Origin: an uncultured Candidatus Binatia bacterium
GTDB taxonomy: Bacteria; Desulfobacterota; Binatia; Bin18
Length of the DNA: 64,000 nt
Assembly: GCA_965214605.1 (NCBI GenBank)
Contig: OZ243961.1
Span: 1,792,001 to 1,856,000 of the forward strand
Reading direction: 5' to 3'
Position numbers and translations under genes: made by a program. The notes beneath the pieces are model-generated. The model had not been told where the DNA came from. It ran no database searches and saw only the letters and a program-made list of their open reading frames with translations. Below are positions 22,509-31,983 of the stretch, piece by piece; positions within the stretch are counted from its first letter, which is position 1, and each line of letters begins with the position of its first letter.

Positions 22509-24398
22509 ATGGAGCGGGACGAACTCATCGAACGTCTCAAAGACTACGAGTGGAATGACATCGAGTTCAAGGAGGCTCTGCGGGACGTACCCCAATCAGC
22601 CTACAGAACGGTCTCCGCCTTTTCCAACACCGAGGGTGGCTGGCTGGTTTTCGGCGTCCGGGACAACGCCAGCGGCTTCGAGATCGTCGGCGTCTTGGAG
22701 GTGGACAAGGTCCAGAACAACTTCCTCAGCGTCCTGCGGTCCGGTCAGAAGCTAAACCGCGTCGTCGCCGCGAAGGAGCGTTTGATCAACCACGATGGCA
22801 AGGCGCTTCTCGTCTTCCATATCCCCGAGGCGCGCAGACAGGACAAGCCAATCTACCTCAATGGCGACATCCGGCAATCGTTCATCCGCCGGGGCGCCAG
22901 CAACGAGCGATGCACGGAAGCCGAGATCAAACGCCTGCTGCGCGACGCGACGGACGAGCGTTATGACGGAGGAACGGTCGACCTCGCTCCCGAACGCTGC
23001 TTCGATAACGAGTCTTTGAGCTGGTATCGGAAGCTGTTCGACGATCGAAACCCCGGCCACTACAACGCAACGTTGTCGCACCTGGAGTTCCTCCATCACT
23101 GGGGCTTGGTTATCGAAACGGGCGGCCGGTTGCGGCCGACCCGCGCGGCGATCCTCCTGTTCGGTGCCGCACCCGCGTTCCGCCAGCTATTGCCTCGTCC
23201 CGTGGTTGACTGGCAGTGGAGTCGTGGCGACTGGTCGGAGGAATTGACCGGCGAACGCTGGGCCGACCGTCTAGTGATTGAGGCCAACCTGGTGGAGACC
23301 TGGAAGACGCTGCTGGACCGTTATTTGCCGCGTGCGGAGAAGCCCTTTTCCGTCGATCCCGAGACCCTGCGGCGGGAGGACCGTCCGCCGGACTACATCG
23401 CCTTCCGGGAGGCAGCGATCAACCTGCTGATGCATCAGGATTACGCAGATCACACCCGCAAGCCGTCGATCCGGATCTTCGACGACCGCACGATATTCTG
23501 GAACCCCGGCGATGCCTTCGTATCGACGGACGAGCTTTTCGAACCCGGCGAGAGGGAGGTTCGCAACCAGAGAATCGTCGGTGCCTTCCGTCGCATCGGT
23601 CTGAGCGAACAGGCCGGAACGGGTATCCGCGCCATTTTCGGTAACTGGCGGCAGCTCGGCCATGTTCCGCCGATCATCGACAACGACAAGGTTCGAAAGG
23701 CCTTCCAACTGACCCTCCTCAAGGAGGAGCTCCTGTCCAAGGAACAGGTGCTTTTCCAAGCCAGCCTCGGGGTCCGCCTGGACGAGGACGAGGCGAAGGT
23801 CTTCGCCTTTGCCTGTCGCGAGGACAGATTGCGCCCCCGTGACGTGCGCGCCGTCACGGGACTTGCCACCGCCGACGCGCGGGCGACCCTGGAGCGCTTG
23901 ACGGCTCAGGGCCTCGTTTCGCCGCTGGAGGGCGCCGAAACACCGGTCTTCGTTGTCGCCAAGCATCTCAGGGAACAGATTGGCCGGAATGACCAAGCCC
24001 AGTCGGAACAACAAAACCTGTCCACTGCACAAGTCGACTCGCCGCCTTCTGACTTGGTCACTGACCAAGTCGACCCCAAACCTCCGAGGTTGGTCACTGA
24101 CCAAGCTTCCGCATTGCAGGATCTTGACGAAGCGGCGTGGAAGATTCTGATGTTCTGCGACGTGCCGCGCTCCATGGCAGACATCATGAGCGAGTTGGGA
24201 CTGGCGCACCGCACTTTTTTTCGCCGCAACCACTTAGAGCCGCTGCTGGCCGGCGGCGTGCTTCGCATGATCCATCCGGATCGGCCAAACCATCCTGATC
24301 AAGCCTACGTGCTGACCGAGGCCGGGGCTGCGCTCAAGGCTCTTCATATGAGCGGAGATGACGGCACGGGCAATGAGGATCGGACAGATGGCGCGTAG
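22509..24398 (+). CDS. Schlafen/AlbA_2 - HATPase_c_4-like - winged-helix protein
   Basis: 'IEFKEA', 'SAFSNTEGG.LVFGV' (AlbA_2); 'REAAINLLMHQDY', 'NPG', 'RN', 'EQAGTGI'; C-terminal 'PDRPNHPDQAY'. Confidence 0.88.
   Translation: MERDELIERLKDYEWNDIEFKEALRDVPQSAYRTVSAFSNTEGGWLVFGVRDNASGFEIVGVLEVDKVQNNFLSVLRSGQKLNRVVAAKERLINHDGKALLVFHIPEARRQDKPIYLNGDIRQSFIRRGASNERCTEAEIKRLLRDATDERYDGGTVDLAPERCFDNESLSWYRKLFDDRNPGHYNATLSHLEFLHHWGLVIETGGRLRPTRAAILLFGAAPAFRQLLPRPVVDWQWSRGDWSEELTGERWADRLVIEANLVETWKTLLDRYLPRAEKPFSVDPETLRREDRPPDYIAFREAAINLLMHQDYADHTRKPSIRIFDDRTIFWNPGDAFVSTDELFEPGEREVRNQRIVGAFRRIGLSEQAGTGIRAIFGNWRQLGHVPPIIDNDKVRKAFQLTLLKEELLSKEQVLFQASLGVRLDEDEAKVFAFACREDRLRPRDVRAVTGLATADARATLERLTAQGLVSPLEGAETPVFVVAKHLREQIGRNDQAQSEQQNLSTAQVDSPPSDLVTDQVDPKPPRLVTDQASALQDLDEAAWKILMFCDVPRSMADIMSELGLAHRTFFRRNHLEPLLAGGVLRMIHPDRPNHPDQAYVLTEAGAALKALHMSGDDGTGNEDRTDGA
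24015..24110 (+). repeat. 36-bp intragenic tandem repeat containing palindromes
   Basis: Encodes NLSTAQVDSPPS / DLVTDQVDPKPP / RLVTDQA; GACTTGGTCA-C-TGACCAAGTC at 24051-24071. Confidence 0.8.
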
Positions 24399-27375
24399 CA
24401 AGCCGGACAACCGGACTGGCCGCCTCTTCGAGAACCCTGCGGGACGGGACGAGTTGTTCGAGAAGTCTCGAGAAGAGGAGCTGGAGGTGCGGCGCGGCGG
24501 GCCGGTCAAGTGCCTGGGGTTAACCTTCGAGAACGACGACGCGCGGCGGGCCCATTATCTCAGCAAGCTGAGGGATGGGCTTGAGGAACTGCACGCCAAG
24601 CTCGGCGGCGTTCCCTTCTCCGGCGTCGACGACGCGATGGCCCGGATGATGGACGTCAAGCACTGGCCGATGGGCGATGAGTCCCGACTCCGCGGCCTCT
24701 CGGAACGCATGCGCCACGCCGATCCGTCCAAGGATTTGCTCCAGCGTTGGAAGGACGAGGTTGGCTTTCCCCATGGCGAGATCGAAGACATCCTGAAACT
24801 CTCCGACCCGCCATGGCACACGGCCTGTCCGAACCCGTTCCTGGGCGCGTTCGCGGATGCTCACGGCAAGCCTTACGATCCAGACAAGCCCTACCGCCGC
24901 AAGCCGTTCGCGGTCGACGTCCGCGAAGGCAAGACCCATCCCGTCTACAGGGCGCACAGCTACCACACAAAGGTGCCGCACTTGGCAATCGTGCCCTCGA
25001 TCCTCCACTACACCGAGCCCGGCGATCTGGTCCTGGACGGGTTCGCCGGTTCCGGCATGACCAGCGTCGCCGCCCAATGGTGCGGAACGGCGCCGGAGAG
25101 CTACCGGAAATCACTTGAAGCGCTATGGGCCAGGCAAGGCTACGGCCAGCCGCAATGGGGGTTCCGGCACACCATCCAGAGCGATTTGTCGCCTCTTGCT
25201 GGTTTCATCGCCGCCAACTACTGCATGCCTTTCGATGTCGAGACATTCGCCAAGGCCAGCCGCGCCCTGCTCGACGAGGTCGACGCGGAGCTCCGCTGGA
25301 TGTACGAGACCCTGCACACCGACGGCCGGATCAAGGGGCGGATCGACTACACGGTCTGGAGTGAAGTCTTTGGATGTCCTGACTGCACGGGAGAGATTGT
25401 TTTCACCGACGAGGCGTTGGATTCAGAAAGTGGGCGCGTAAGAGATGTATTCCCTTGTCCTCACTGTGGCAATGAACTTACCAAACGACGCATGGAACGC
25501 CTCTACGAATCGCCTTTCGATCCATCCATCAATTCAACGATCCGAGTGCCGAAGCGCAAGCCCACAGAAATTGTCTATTCGCTCTGTGGCATGACGTATC
25601 AAAAGAGGCCGGATACTTCGGATTTGGAAATCCTTGAGCGGATCAAAAGACTGCGCCTACCCCGGGAAGTACCCTCCGATCTGATCCCGGCTATGCACAT
25701 GACGCACCAACGCGCCCGAATGGATCATTCGGGTGTCACCCACATCCATCACTTTTTTCTCCCCCGGGCCGCGCACGCCCTGGCGGCGATGTGGCGGCGG
25801 GCCAGCGCCCACGCCGATCTCCGCGTCCGCCACATGCTACTCTACTTCGTCGAGCAGGCGATCTCAACAATGTCTTTGCTCAACCGGTTTCGGGCAAACC
25901 AGCGATCTCAATCAAATCAGGTCCTGAGTGGTGTCTACCACATTCCATCCCAGATTGCGGAAATTTCTCCTTGGCATAGGCTTAATGGAAAAATTTCCCA
26001 AACCCTCAGCGTTTTCCAAACCATGCCCTTACGCGCTGATGTCATGGTTGTTTCGACAGGGAATTGTAGTAAAATTACCTTACCTGACAACTCCATTGAC
26101 TATATCTTCACTGACCCGCCGTTCGGCGAGAACATCTATTACGCCGATCTCAATTTCCTCGTCGAGTCCTGGCATGGGGTGCTGACCAACGCCGCGTCGG
26201 AGGTGGTCGTCGGCCGCTTCAAGAACAAGGGTCTGCCGGACTACCAGCGTCTGATGCAGCGCTGCTTCGAGGAATATCGGCGCGTCCTCAAGCCCGGCCG
26301 CTGGATCACGATCGTCTTTCACAACTCCAGGAATGCCGTCCGGACGGCGATCCAGGAGGCATTGCTCGCGGCCGGCTTCGTCGTTGCCGATGTGCGCACG
26401 ATGGACAAGCAACAGGGTTCGTACAGGCAGGTCGCCAGCACCGCAGTCAAGCAGGATTTGGTCATCTCCGCCTACAAGCCCAATGACGAGCTGGAGGAAC
26501 GATTCGCGCTCACAAGAGGAACCGAGGAGGGAGTTTGGGACTTTCTACGCACCCATCTTGCCCAACTGCCGGTGGCGGTGCTCAAGGAAGGCCGCGTCGA
26601 GATCGTCAACGAACGCCAGCCGCATCTGCTGTTCGACCGCATGGTCGCCTTCCACGTCCTCCGCAACGTGACGGTGCCCCTGTCGATCGGCAGGTTCCTT
26701 GCCGGCCTCGCCCGCCGCTTCCCCGAGCGCGACGGCATGGTCTTTCTCTCCGACCAAGTTGCCGAATACGACAAGAAGCGCCTAGCCGCCGAGGGAGTGG
26801 CACGACTAGAGATGTTCGTCGTCGACGAATCCTCCGCCATCCAGTGGCTGAGGCAGCAATTGAGCCGCAAGCCGCAGAGATTCCAGGACATTCACCCGCG
26901 GTTCATCTGCGAGATCGCGGGCCGGCGGAAGCACGAGAAGTTGCCCGAGCTGTCCGAGATGCTGGACCAGAACTTCCTGTGCTACGACGGCGCCGGCGAG
27001 GTCCCGAGCCAGATCCACGGCTACCTCTCCACCAACTTCAAGGAGATGCGCAATCTGCTCAAGGACAACCCGGCCCTGCGCGCCAAGGCGAAGGATCGCT
27101 GGTACGTGCCCGATCCCAACAAGGCGGTCGATGTGGAGATGCGCCGCACGCGCGCCCTCCTGCGCGAGTTCAACGAATACCGCCGATCCCCGCAGGAGCA
27201 ACTTAGGCTTTTCCGCCTTGAGGCGGTACGGGCAGGCTTTTTCAGGGCCTACCAGGACCGGGACTACGACACCATCATTGCAGTGGCAGAGAAGATCCCG
27301 GAGACCATTTTCCATGAGGACCAAAAGCTCATGCTCTGGTATGACCAAGCGTTGACGCGCATGGAGGCTGCGTGA
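24388..27375 (+). CDS. Large amino-methyltransferase, BREX type 3 PglXI-like
   Basis: 'LSDPPWHTACPNPF', 'AHSYHTKVPH', 'VLDGFAGSGMT', CPDC/CPHC zinc finger, 'IFTDPPFG.NI.Y'; followed by a PglZ N-terminus. Confidence 0.85.
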   Translation: MARSKPDNRTGRLFENPAGRDELFEKSREEELEVRRGGPVKCLGLTFENDDARRAHYLSKLRDGLEELHAKLGGVPFSGVDDAMARMMDVKHWPMGDESRLRGLSERMRHADPSKDLLQRWKDEVGFPHGEIEDILKLSDPPWHTACPNPFLGAFADAHGKPYDPDKPYRRKPFAVDVREGKTHPVYRAHSYHTKVPHLAIVPSILHYTEPGDLVLDGFAGSGMTSVAAQWCGTAPESYRKSLEALWARQGYGQPQWGFRHTIQSDLSPLAGFIAANYCMPFDVETFAKASRALLDEVDAELRWMYETLHTDGRIKGRIDYTVWSEVFGCPDCTGEIVFTDEALDSESGRVRDVFPCPHCGNELTKRRMERLYESPFDPSINSTIRVPKRKPTEIVYSLCGMTYQKRPDTSDLEILERIKRLRLPREVPSDLIPAMHMTHQRARMDHSGVTHIHHFFLPRAAHALAAMWRRASAHADLRVRHMLLYFVEQAISTMSLLNRFRANQRSQSNQVLSGVYHIPSQIAEISPWHRLNGKISQTLSVFQTMPLRADVMVVSTGNCSKITLPDNSIDYIFTDPPFGENIYYADLNFLVESWHGVLTNAASEVVVGRFKNKGLPDYQRLMQRCFEEYRRVLKPGRWITIVFHNSRNAVRTAIQEALLAAGFVVADVRTMDKQQGSYRQVASTAVKQDLVISAYKPNDELEERFALTRGTEEGVWDFLRTHLAQLPVAVLKEGRVEIVNERQPHLLFDRMVAFHVLRNVTVPLSIGRFLAGLARRFPERDGMVFLSDQVAEYDKKRLAAEGVARLEMFVVDESSAIQWLRQQLSRKPQRFQDIHPRFICEIAGRRKHEKLPELSEMLDQNFLCYDGAGEVPSQIHGYLSTNFKEMRNLLKDNPALRAKAKDRWYVPDPNKAVDVEMRRTRALLREFNEYRRSPQEQLRLFRLEAVRAGFFRAYQDRDYDTIIAVAEKIPETIFHEDQKLMLWYDQALTRMEAA

Positions 27376-27566
27376 GTGGGCCGTGCGGAAAGGTGGCAGA
27401 CTGGCGCAAGCAGGTCTTGGGTGAATTTACGCCCCACCAGATCGCCCGCCTTACCCTGGTAGCCGATCCAGACGGGCTGCTCCTTAGAGGAGGCGCTTCT
27501 CGGCGCCATTCGTGAAAGAGGCTTCGAACTCACGTTCGAGGACCATCCTGCCTTCCGCTTCGCCTC
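27372..27566 (+). pseudogene. pglZ: BREX-3 PglZ N-terminal remnant
   Basis: GTGA-coupled to the methylase; 'WRKQVLGEFTP..ARLTLVADPDGLL' then frameshift 'EEALLGAIRERGFEL.FEDH.AFRFA'. Confidence 0.75.
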
Positions 27567-27725
27567 TTACCTAGATCGCATGCTGGACGAGTTGTTCATT
27601 GCACGAATGGAGGGCAACGAAAAGATATTTTCAAAGGTGATGACGGACGCCGAGTTCCGTTCAGCCGCTCATGAGCACTTGGCGCACGAGATTTTCCGCC
27701 GGGTCCGCGAGAAGCAGGCCGCCGT
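27561..27725 (+). pseudogene. hsdR: Type I restriction subunit HsdR C-terminal remnant
   Basis: 'LDELFIARMEGNEKIFSKVMTDAEFR...EIFRRVRE' resembles HsdR C-terminal tails. Confidence 0.6.
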
Positions 27726-27759
27726 GCGATCGCTCTCGGTTTGCAACTGTTCCCCGATG

Positions 27760-28500
27760 ATGCGCTACAGAATATCGGCGGCGATGCTGTCGGCGACCCG
27801 TGCCGCCGCCTCATGCATGGAGTCGCGCGCCAGGTGCGCGTACCGCGCGGTTGGTCGCGACATGGGCATGACCGAGCAGCTTGCCGATCATGCTCAGACT
27901 CTCCCCGAACGCCAGCGCCCGGCTCGTCCAGGAATGACGGAGGCCGTGGATCCGCACGTCCTTCAGTCCGGCCTTCGCGCGAAGGCGCTTCCAGAGCGCG
28001 TCCGCGTTGACCAGATGGACACCCCGGGTTCGGCCCGCGATCACCCAAGGACTGTCTCCGTCGCGGGGAATCCGGTCGAGCACCGCCTCAACCGCCGGGG
28101 TCAGCAGCACGGTACGCGTACTGGTCTTCGTGTCGCTCAACCTCAACTCGCGCCCCGTACGATCAACGTCATCCCACCGGAGTTGTCAGATCTTGTTCTT
28201 GCGGCATCCGGCTAGCATCAGCAGGCGAAGCGCCGCCGATTATGTCCCTGCATGTAGCACTCCGCCAGACCCACCACCGTGAGTCCTGGCTCGACCGGTG
28301 CCGGAAACGGTTCTAGGCCCCGCTTGATGCGGTCGACGACTTCGGCGGCCTGCTTGCGAGCCTCGTCGGAAGACAGCTTTCCGTAGCTCCCGAGGGTGAC
28401 GCATTGCAACCCGAACGAACCGCGCGTCTGGACGACGAACACCTTGCGCCCGCTGACATAGACCCGGATGTCGAAGCCTTTGAGATCCCGATCCCAAAAC
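27760..28500 (-). pseudogene. Tyrosine recombinase/integrase, main portion (internal deletion and frameshifts)
   Basis: Arm domain 'FWDRDLKGF..RV..SGRKVFVVQTR', 'DTKT', 'RIHGLRHS', 'IGKLLGH'. Confidence 0.88.
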
Positions 28501-30227
28501 GCTCATGGTCGCTGCGGTGCTGGGCCACCCCGTAGCATGAAACAAGAGGCGCTCCAGTGAGGTGTTGCGGCTGATCGCCCTGCTGCTGTCGTGGCAGGAT
28601 TGGTGTGGCGGTGGGGACGCGCGAGCGTCTTATTATCGGTGACTCGTTCTCGACGCAAAACTGCTTCCGGCGACCGGCTCCGCACCCCGTAATGTACCCG
28701 GCCTCTGGCCGTGGACGCGCGGCAAATCGAATCGCACCCGCTCGGCGGATGCGTGTCCTTCCGACCGCTATCCCCGCCTCCGCCGTGGCGAGATCGCAAG
28801 AGGAGGAAGGTAATGAAGACGGACGGCATGTACGTGGTGCGCGCGCGGCGGGGGTCGACGTGCACAAGATGGAGATCACCGCGACGGTTCGCCTGTGTGA
28901 AGGCGAGGGCGAGCCGGTGGTGGAGACGCGCGGCTTCAGCACGCTGCCGAGCGGTCTTGATGAGATGGTTGCGTGGCTGAGCGATCACGGCGTCGAGGTG
29001 GCGGTGATGGAGGGGACCGGGGTGTACTGGCAGGCGCCCTTCGAGGTCCTGGAGGAGGCCGGGATCAAGGCAATCCTGGTGCATGCCCAGCAGGTCAAGC
29101 AGTTGAAGGGACGCAAAACCGATGTGGCGGACAGCGTATAGCTGGCCTGCATTTGCCAGTTCGAGCTCTGCACGCCTTCTCATGTTCCGCCGAAGCCGTT
29201 CCGGGCGTTGCGCTCGCTGAGCCGGCAGCGCCGGGTCCTGGTGGGCCAACGCTCCACCGTGCGCAACCGCGTGCAGAAGATCATCGACCGCGTCGGGGTG
29301 CGCATCGGCGGCATCCTTTCCAACGTCTTCGGCGTCAACGGCCGCAAGATCCTCGACGGGCTGGCGTCGGGGACGTCGCGCGAGGTCATTCTCGCGTCTC
29401 TCACCCGCCACGTGGCGCACAAGCTGGAGGGTCTCGACGAGGCGCTCTCCCTGAGCCTGGGCGACAACGACCGTGTCATGCTCAACGATCTGCTGGAGGA
29501 GCATGACGCGCTGGAGGCGCGCATCGAGGCCTACGCGAAGCAGATCGACGAGCCGTTGACACCGTGGGAGGAGCCGCTCCGTCTTCTGACGACCATCCCG
29601 GGCATCGACCGAAGCGCCGCGTGACCATCCTGATCAAGATCGGACCCAACATCGGTGTGTTCAGCTCCAAGGAGCGTCTGGCCGCGTGGGCCGGTCTGTG
29701 CCCTGGCAACAACGAGAGTGACGGCAAGCGCCGCAATGCGCGCACCCGCATAGGCTCCCAGACCCTGCGAGCAACGCTCGTCGAGTGCGCCCACGGTGCA
29801 GCCCGAACCAAGGGGTGCCAGTTCGAGGCCCATCGCCGTGCCCTCGCAGCCCGGCGCGGCTACAAGCGCGCCATCGTCGCCAGTGCGCACAAGCTGCTGC
29901 GGATCATCTACGTCGTGCACAAGACCGGCAGGCCCTACTACACCGCACTGCCGACTACGAAGTGCTGGTGGTCAAGCGCAACGCCCCGCGGTGGATCCGT
30001 ATGCTCCGCCGCTACGGCTATATTGAGCCCGTGGACGTGCAACTCAAGACCGCCTGACCGGCCCCTGCCTCAAGCCACCCGGCTACGGGGGACCGGGGAT
30101 CGGACCACATTGGGGAAGTCCGCCACTCGCACCCGCAAGGCCGATACAGACGTCCGCCATCAACACCGATCCCCCGGCGTTGGCAGGCCACCGCTCGCGC
30201 CAAGCCCGAATCTGTTTCACGGTAAAC
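28497..30227 (+). mobile_element. IS110-family element, both ends defined, AAAC at each junction
   Basis: AAAC at 28497-28500 and 30224-30227; removing the element restores the integrase frame KDAVF|WDRDL. Confidence 0.88.
28813..30057 (+). pseudogene. IS110 recombinase (DEDD RuvC plus Tnp20 domains), inactivated
   Basis: 'GVDVHK', 'MEGTGVYW', 'GRKTDVAD', 'TIPGI', 'AWAGLCPGNNES'; frameshifts near 28845, 29622 and 29945; TAG at 29139. Confidence 0.9.
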
Positions 30228-30304
30228 ACCGCATCTTTACCGGCGGCCGCGAGGGCGTCGACGGTTCGTTTGGTGAGCTCCCGGACAGCCTAGTCCGGCA
30301 TCAT
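30228..30304 (-). pseudogene. 5' end of the IS110-interrupted integrase
   Basis: 'MPD*AVRELTKRTVDALAAAGKDAV(F)'. Confidence 0.8.
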
Positions 30305-30611
30305 GAGTTTCCGGTATCCGATTTCCTACGGGCTGTATCGGGGTCCAGTTTAGTAATCGAACCGCAAGCGACCGAGGTCGTAATCCTGCGTATTGAAGCG
30401 TATCGAAGGCGGGGAAGCAAGACCAATGTGGACACACAACTAGCCAATTAACAAAGAAAACTTTTAGTTCCACACATTCTGCCGCAGGCCTGGCGGTCTT
30501 ACGCTAGATACCGGGTAGGAATCTCACCCACTGAGAGAACGCGCCCTCCACAGCGCACTGGTGAAGTTGGCCTAACAATCAAAGAACAAGGGAGCTTTGG
30601 TTGCTTGACGC

Positions 30612-31550
30612 CTATGAGGCTTGCTGAACCACGACTTCCATCGGCATGTTCTTGATCCAAAGTCGGCCGTTGCTGCTAATGACCGACTTGGCCGCTGGTC
30701 CCATTTCAAACGCTATAGTCGACAAGTGATAAAGAGTCAGCACCTCCTCCTGCAGATCCTGATCATCCTCAAGATCGATGATTTTAAGCGACTGCTGCCT
30801 GGCTTCGTTCCGGTCGATCCGCCGGCCGTGACTTCCGTGTTGGTTGCCACCGAAATGCGCCGCAACTTCGCGCGCCGACGCGGCCGGATCGACCCGCTCT
30901 GAGAACATGTACTTCTGTAACCAATCCTGTACGAGCCTTTGCCCATACGAAATCGATCTCCGCGCCTCTTGAAGTAGCGCGGGACCGAAAGATCGCAGCA
31001 CGGGCGCCCACGCATGGGCCAGGGTCGGGTTGCCTGCAATATCCCTTTTTGCCTCTTCGAATTGCTCCACGATCGAATGAGCGGAAAAGGGGCGGTTCTC
31101 TACGATGAGCTGGGGATCGGTCGGTCCCAACTGACTCTGCCTTCCCATCACGATCCTGTCGCACCCAAGCGCGATCATCGTTCCCGCCGACATCGCGTAG
31201 GTCGGCACGAGAATGTCGATTGCGGAGAACTTGCTTCGCAGATATTCGACGATGGTCTGTGCGGCTTCCGCCCCACCGCCAGGCGTGTGCAGGATCAGAA
31301 GCAGCCCCTTACTGAAATCATGGCCGTGAACTCCGGCCATGAAGCCGTTGAGGTCCTCCATGTTGATCGACGTGAACAGCCCCGGGACTTGGGGCTTCTG
31401 CAAGAAACCGGAGGCGTAGTAGAGGACATTTCGATCATAGCGATTGGCGACGGCCGCGACCGATTCCCTCAATTTCTGCGCGATATGGCCACCTCGTTGG
31501 TCCGGCTCTATTCCGTCCAGATCTTCCTGAAGATCAGACCAACTTGGCAT
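30612..31550 (-). CDS. SDH-family ClpP/crotonase-fold serine protease
   Basis: 'LLILHTPGG', 'AMSAGTMIAL', 'LGPTDPQ', 'SHGRRI'; intact 312 aa. Confidence 0.88.
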   Translation of the reverse strand: MPSWSDLQEDLDGIEPDQRGGHIAQKLRESVAAVANRYDRNVLYYASGFLQKPQVPGLFTSINMEDLNGFMAGVHGHDFSKGLLLILHTPGGGAEAAQTIVEYLRSKFSAIDILVPTYAMSAGTMIALGCDRIVMGRQSQLGPTDPQLIVENRPFSAHSIVEQFEEAKRDIAGNPTLAHAWAPVLRSFGPALLQEARRSISYGQRLVQDWLQKYMFSERVDPAASAREVAAHFGGNQHGSHGRRIDRNEARQQSLKIIDLEDDQDLQEEVLTLYHLSTIAFEMGPAAKSVISSNGRLWIKNMPMEVVVQQAS

Positions 31551-31767
31551 TCGCAGGTCCTGTCACGACAAGCCCAATCGGATTATCCCAGGCATATCTG
31601 GGGTGGCTGATCTCACCCCGTTCGGAAATGTCAGCGAGATCCGCAAGGCGCATGTACTCTTCGTACTGCTGCGCCGCCTGCTGGAGCAGTTGGGCCACCT
31701 CCATTTCACTGGGATGTGCTCGCAGCCGCGGGTCGCGCACATCCCGCAGGTCGTCTGTGCCAGTCAT
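31534..31767 (-). CDS. Small hypothetical protein overlapping the protease start
   Basis: GGAGG RBS, 77 aa, helical QE-rich core, 17-nt overlap with the protease gene. Confidence 0.6.
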   Translation of the reverse strand: MTGTDDLRDVRDPRLRAHPSEMEVAQLLQQAAQQYEEYMRLADLADISERGEISHPRYAWDNPIGLVVTGPANAKLV

Positions 31768-31983
31768 TGTGCATCCTCCAGTTGTGCGATTGACGCCGGC
31801 AAGCCACCGACGCGCCGGGCCAGCCTGCGTCTTGAAATTCTAGCTTCAAACACGGATTTAGCGGACCATGCAAGCGAAGGCAAGGGCCCGCCCGTCGGCG
31901 CCGGGATCGGCGTCTCAGTGTGCGCGTCCATACGCACCCCTGCGAACCTCCTTCCCGGCACGACAGCCGCTTTCCAATCGGCC

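Noticed and set aside
23271-24233. 320-aa minus-strand ORF
   Set aside because: Antisense shadow of the AlbA_2/HATPase gene
28503-29504. 333-aa minus-strand ORF
   Set aside because: Antisense shadow of the IS110 recombinase
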